DNA of 64,000 bases from Macrostomum lignano (lineage: Eukaryota), in the NCBI GenBank assembly GCA_002269645.1, contig NIVC01002217.1, positions 99,908-163,907 of the forward strand, written 5' to 3'. The translations under genes were made by a program, and so were the position numbers. This document shows positions 60,501-64,000 of this stretch, in pieces. How positions within the stretch are numbered: the stretch's first letter is position 1; every line of letters starts with the position of its first letter. A model generated the notes under the pieces. The model had not been told where the DNA came from and ran no database searches. It saw only the letters and a list, made by a program, of their open reading frames with translations.

Positions 60501-63500
60501 AGACCAATGGATTGCTAATCTATAGACCAATGGATTGCTAATCTATAGACCACTGGATTGCTAATCTATAGACCAATGGATTGCTAATCTATAGATCAAT
60601 GGATTGCTAATCTATAGACCAATGGATTGCTAACCTATAGAATAATTCATTGCTAATCTATAGACCAATGGATTGCTAACCTATAGAATAATTCATTGCT
60701 AATCTATAGACTAATGGATTGCTGATCTATAGACCAATGGATTGCTAATCTATAGACCAATGGATTGCTAATCTATAGACTAATTGATTGCTAATCTATA
60801 GACTAATTGATTGCTAATCTATAGACCAATGGATTGCTAATCTATAGACCAATGGATTGCTAATCTATAGACCAATGGATTGCTAATCTATAGACCAATG
60901 GATTGCTAATCTATAGAATAATTCATTGCTAATCTATAGACTAATTGATTGCTAATCTATAGACTAATTGATTGCTAATCTATAGACTAATTGATTGCTA
61001 ATCTATAGACTAATGATTGCTAATCTATAGACCAATGGATTGCTAATCTATAGACCAATGGATTGCTAATCTATAGACCAATGGATTGCTAATCTATAGA
61101 TCAATGGATTGCTAATCTATAGATCAATGGATTGCTAATCTATAGATCAATGGATTGCTAATCTATAGACCAATGGATTGCTAATCTATAGATCAATGGA
61201 TTGCTAACCTATAGACTAATTCATTGCTAATCTATGGACTAATGGATTGCTGATCTATAGACCAATGGATTGCTAATCTATAGACCAATGGATTGCTAAC
61301 CTATAGACTAATTCATTGCTAATCTATAGACCAATGGATTGCTAATCTAAAACGCGTCATCCGCAGCTGCAAGGCCTGGACACCTTCCGCTCGGTGATCA
61401 GCTACAACGCCAGCTCGAACCGTCTCGAGGCTCCCTACGTTGAGTTCGCGGCCACCTTCAACGAGCTGGCCGATCAGCCAGTCGAATTTGTAGAGAGCGC
61501 CCGGTTCTACCCAGCCAACGCCAGCCTGCGAGTGCTTCGGACAGTGTCCGGCCGGAGTCTCGTCTTCTCCAACGCCTTTGTGGACTTCAAGAATCGGACT
61601 CTGACCGTTTGTGCACCGATTGTGAGTGACTGGAATGCAGCCATGGATACCTGACTATTAATGCTCATGAATTGCTCATAAAAACAGAAATTAAACCAGC
61701 AATCGGCACCAACCCCCGTTGGAAAGCCAAAGAAGAATGGGATATTTTTTGAATAAACTAAAAATAGCTTTTGAACTTTCAGCCTTGACATCTCAGCAAT
61801 TCCCCTCGACATAGAAATTAATCTCTGATCGATGGCACTAAATTTACAGACCATGAATACAGTCTATGGATTGCTAATCTATAGCCCATCGATTGCTAAT
61901 CTATAGTTAATTGATTGCCAATCTGTATCTTATGGATTGCTAATCTATAGTTAATTGATTGCCAATCTGTATCTTATGGATTGCTAATCTATAGTTAATT
62001 GATTGCCAATCTGTATCTTATGGATTGCTAATCTATAGTTAATTGATTGCCAATCTGTATCTTATGGATTGCTAATCTATAGTTAATTGATTGCCAATCT
62101 GTATCTTATGGATTGCTAATCTATAGTTAATTGATTGCCAATCTGTATCTTATGGATTGCTAATCTATAGTTAATTGATTGCCAATCTGTATCTTATGGA
62201 TTGTCTATATTAATTGATTGCCAATCTGTATTTATGGATTGCTAATCTATAGCATTGATATGTAGACATGCAGAACTGAGACTGGACTTCTCCAAACGTG
62301 AATAGATCCTCATCATTCCAGATCCCGCCGTTCACGGAGTACACGAATGTCAACGATGACCTGACCGGCAATGTCACCGGCGAGATCGCCGAATGGTTTA
62401 AAATATTCGAGCCGAAGCTGAAGTTTCGGTACGCCTGGCGGGTTGGAATTTCTAAGAAAATGATTCGTACTAGCGAATGACAATGCTGCACATAGTGCCG
62501 CCACCGACCGTTCCAGATCGATTTTCAGGCAGGCGCCGGACCGCCAGTTCGGTGCCCCGATTCCCGGCTCAGACTTTTTCAGCGGCTGCATTGGCGAAGT
62601 TCAGAAAGGGGTGGGTGAGCAGCTGCTGGAACAGTTTAGGATGAAGTGATGAGATGAGACGTTTGAGGAAGGGTAAAGTGAATGGAGATGAGGGCGAATT
62701 GCTGCGAGTAAAAATCTTTTTTGGTAAGAGATAGTACAAAATGGTTGGGGATAAGAGCGCAGTGATTGGAGATAAGAGCGCAGTGATTATAGATAAGAGC
62801 ACAGAGTGATTATAAATATAGATAGATAAGGGCGGAGTGGTTAGAGATAAGGGCGGAGTGGTTGGAGATAAGGGTGGAGTGGTTAGAGATAAGGGCGGAG
62901 TGGTTAGAGATAAGGGCGGAGTGGTTAGAGATAAGGGCGGAGTGGTTAGAGATAAGGGCGGAGTGGTTAGAGATAAGGGCGGAGTGGTTAGAGATAAGGG
63001 TGGAGTGGTTAGAGATAAGGGCGGAGTGGTTAGTGATAAGGGTGGAGTGGTTAGAGATAAGGGTGGAGTGGTTAGAGATAAGGACGGAGTGGTTAGTGAT
63101 AAGGGCGGAGTGGTTGGAGATAAGGGCGGAGTGGTTAGAGATAAGGGCGGAGTGGTTAGAGATAAGGGCGGAGTGGTTAGAGATAAGGGCGGAGTGGTTA
63201 GAGATAAGGGCGGAGTGGTTAGAGATAAGGGTGGAGTGGTTAGAGATAAGGGCGGAGTGGTTAGTGATAAGGGTGGAGTGGTTAGAGATAAGGGTGGAGT
63301 GGTTAGAGATAAGGACGGAGTGGTTAGTGATAAGGCGGAGTGGTTGGAGATAAGGCGGAGTGGTTAGAGATAAGGACGGAGTGGTTAGAGATAAGGACGG
63401 AGTGGTTAGTGATAAGGGCGGAGTGGTTAGTGATAAGGGCGGAGTGGTTAGAGATAAGGGTGGAGTGGTTAGAGATAAGGGTGGAGTGGTTAGAGATAAG

Positions 63501-64000
63501 GGCGGAGTGGTTAGTGATAAGGGTGGAGTGGTTAGAGATAAGGTTGGAGTGGTTAGAGATAAGGACGGAGTGGTTAGAGATAAGGGCGGAGTGGTTAGAG
63601 ATAAGGGCGGAGTGGTTAGTGATAAGGGCGGAGTGGTTAGTGATAAGGGCGGAGTGGTTAGAGATAAGGGTGGAGTGGTTAGAGATAAGGGCGGAGTGGT
63701 TAGAGATAAGGGCGGAGTGGTTGGAGATAAGGGTGGAGTGGTTAGTGATAAGGGCGGAGTGGTTAGTGATAAGGGCGGAGTGTTGGAGATAAGGGTGGAG
63801 TGGTTAGAGATAAGGACGGAGTGGTTAGAGATAAGGACGGAGTGGTTAGAGATAAGGGCGGAGTGGTTAGAGATAAGGACGGAGTGGTTAGTGATAAGGG
63901 CGGAGTGGTTAGTGATAAGGGCGAGTGGTTAGAGATAAGGACGGAGTGGTTAGAACTGAATGCCGCAAATCGATCCGCTCCTTCCCGCAGAACGCGCACC
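54537..64000 (+). CDS. Divergent ionotropic glutamate receptor (signal peptide, ATD and start of S1), 3'-partial; exon 1 lacks one base
   Basis: Exons 54537-54788, 56847-56987, 57828-57938, 58592-58770, 58870-59151, 60199-60360, 61367-61621, 62322-62428, 63991->64000; GT-AG, phases consistent. iGluR-like motifs: CQETGLSGIIGVGS, CNPLQPWTSGGSVARFIKS, DFKNRTLTVCAPI|IPPF, GEIAEWFKIFEPKLKF. The exon 5 acceptor is less certain. Confidence 0.78.
55075..56712. repeat. ~38-bp dimeric minisatellite (ctactgactcatcccccgatcccctactgacccatcct), iGluR intron 1
   Basis: Directly visible; ~15-bp monomers at both ends. Confidence 0.97.
57045..57755. repeat. 33-bp minisatellite (gtagtttcttcctgtagtgtgtagattcttttg), iGluR intron 2
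   Basis: Directly visible. Confidence 0.95.
57960..58500. repeat. 27-bp minisatellite (gaatctcaaccctgagatgcgagtcaa), iGluR intron 3
   Basis: Directly visible. Confidence 0.95.
59175..60065. repeat. 23-bp minisatellite (gggattctaatcccagattagta), iGluR intron 5
   Basis: Period 23 at 59221/59244. Confidence 0.96.
60470..61350. repeat. 23-bp minisatellite (ggattgctaatctatagaccaat), iGluR intron 6
   Basis: Period 23 at 60541/60564. Confidence 0.96.
61865..62250. repeat. 44-bp dimeric minisatellite (ggattgctaatctatagttaattgattgccaatctgtatcttat), iGluR intron 7
   Basis: Period 44 at 61921/61965. Confidence 0.95.
62825..63955. repeat. 21-bp G-rich minisatellite (gataagggcggagtggttaga), iGluR intron 8
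   Basis: Directly visible. Confidence 0.97.

Noticed and set aside
162-63955. Dozens of long repeat-derived ORFs in the six-frame track (e.g. 16053-17006, 24829-25852, 32629-33783, 34034-34720, 52088-53380, 57152-57799, 62837-63932)
   Set aside because: They are translations of minisatellites, open in several frames or strands, and most lie inside GT-AG introns of the genes assembled above.

Overview
Eukaryotic (animal) genomic DNA, not prokaryotic. GC-rich exons with poly-Q/A/P tracts, GT-AG introns, AT-rich intergenic DNA and dense intronic minisatellites point to a Macrostomum-like flatworm (inference from composition only). I spliced nine protein genes by hand from splice signals and reading-phase continuity: (1) a 5'-partial RRM-like gene (+, <1-3760); (2) a Goliath/RNF130-RNF150-family PA-TM-RING-H2 E3 ligase (+, 6999-14198); (3) a short orphan ORF (+, 20021-20509); (4) an intronless 615-aa orphan (+, 22003-23850); (5) a 12-exon, 1217-aa KY/hillarin-like pseudo-transglutaminase with an N-terminal MGC motif (-, 36201-24652); (6) a coiled-coil gene (-, 40909-39549); (7) a frameshifted Q-rich/acidic-tail gene (-, 48064-47260); (8) a 616-aa Thr-rich mucin-like type I membrane protein (-, 51903-49053); (9) a divergent ionotropic glutamate receptor (+, 54537->64000) whose first exon lacks one base. 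Mobile DNA: two copies of a tRNA-derived SINE, two LINE 3' remnants and a Mutator-like MITE with a 9-bp TSD. The most striking structure is that 20 of 29 annotated introns hold a tandem array, usually private to that intron. Several arrays in the iGluR gene share a core and are built from branch-site-like (CTRAY/TACTGAC), acceptor-like or hairpin units. There are no CRISPR arrays, rRNA genes or genuine tRNA genes. Most long ORFs in the supplied track are translations of repeats. No database searches were run.
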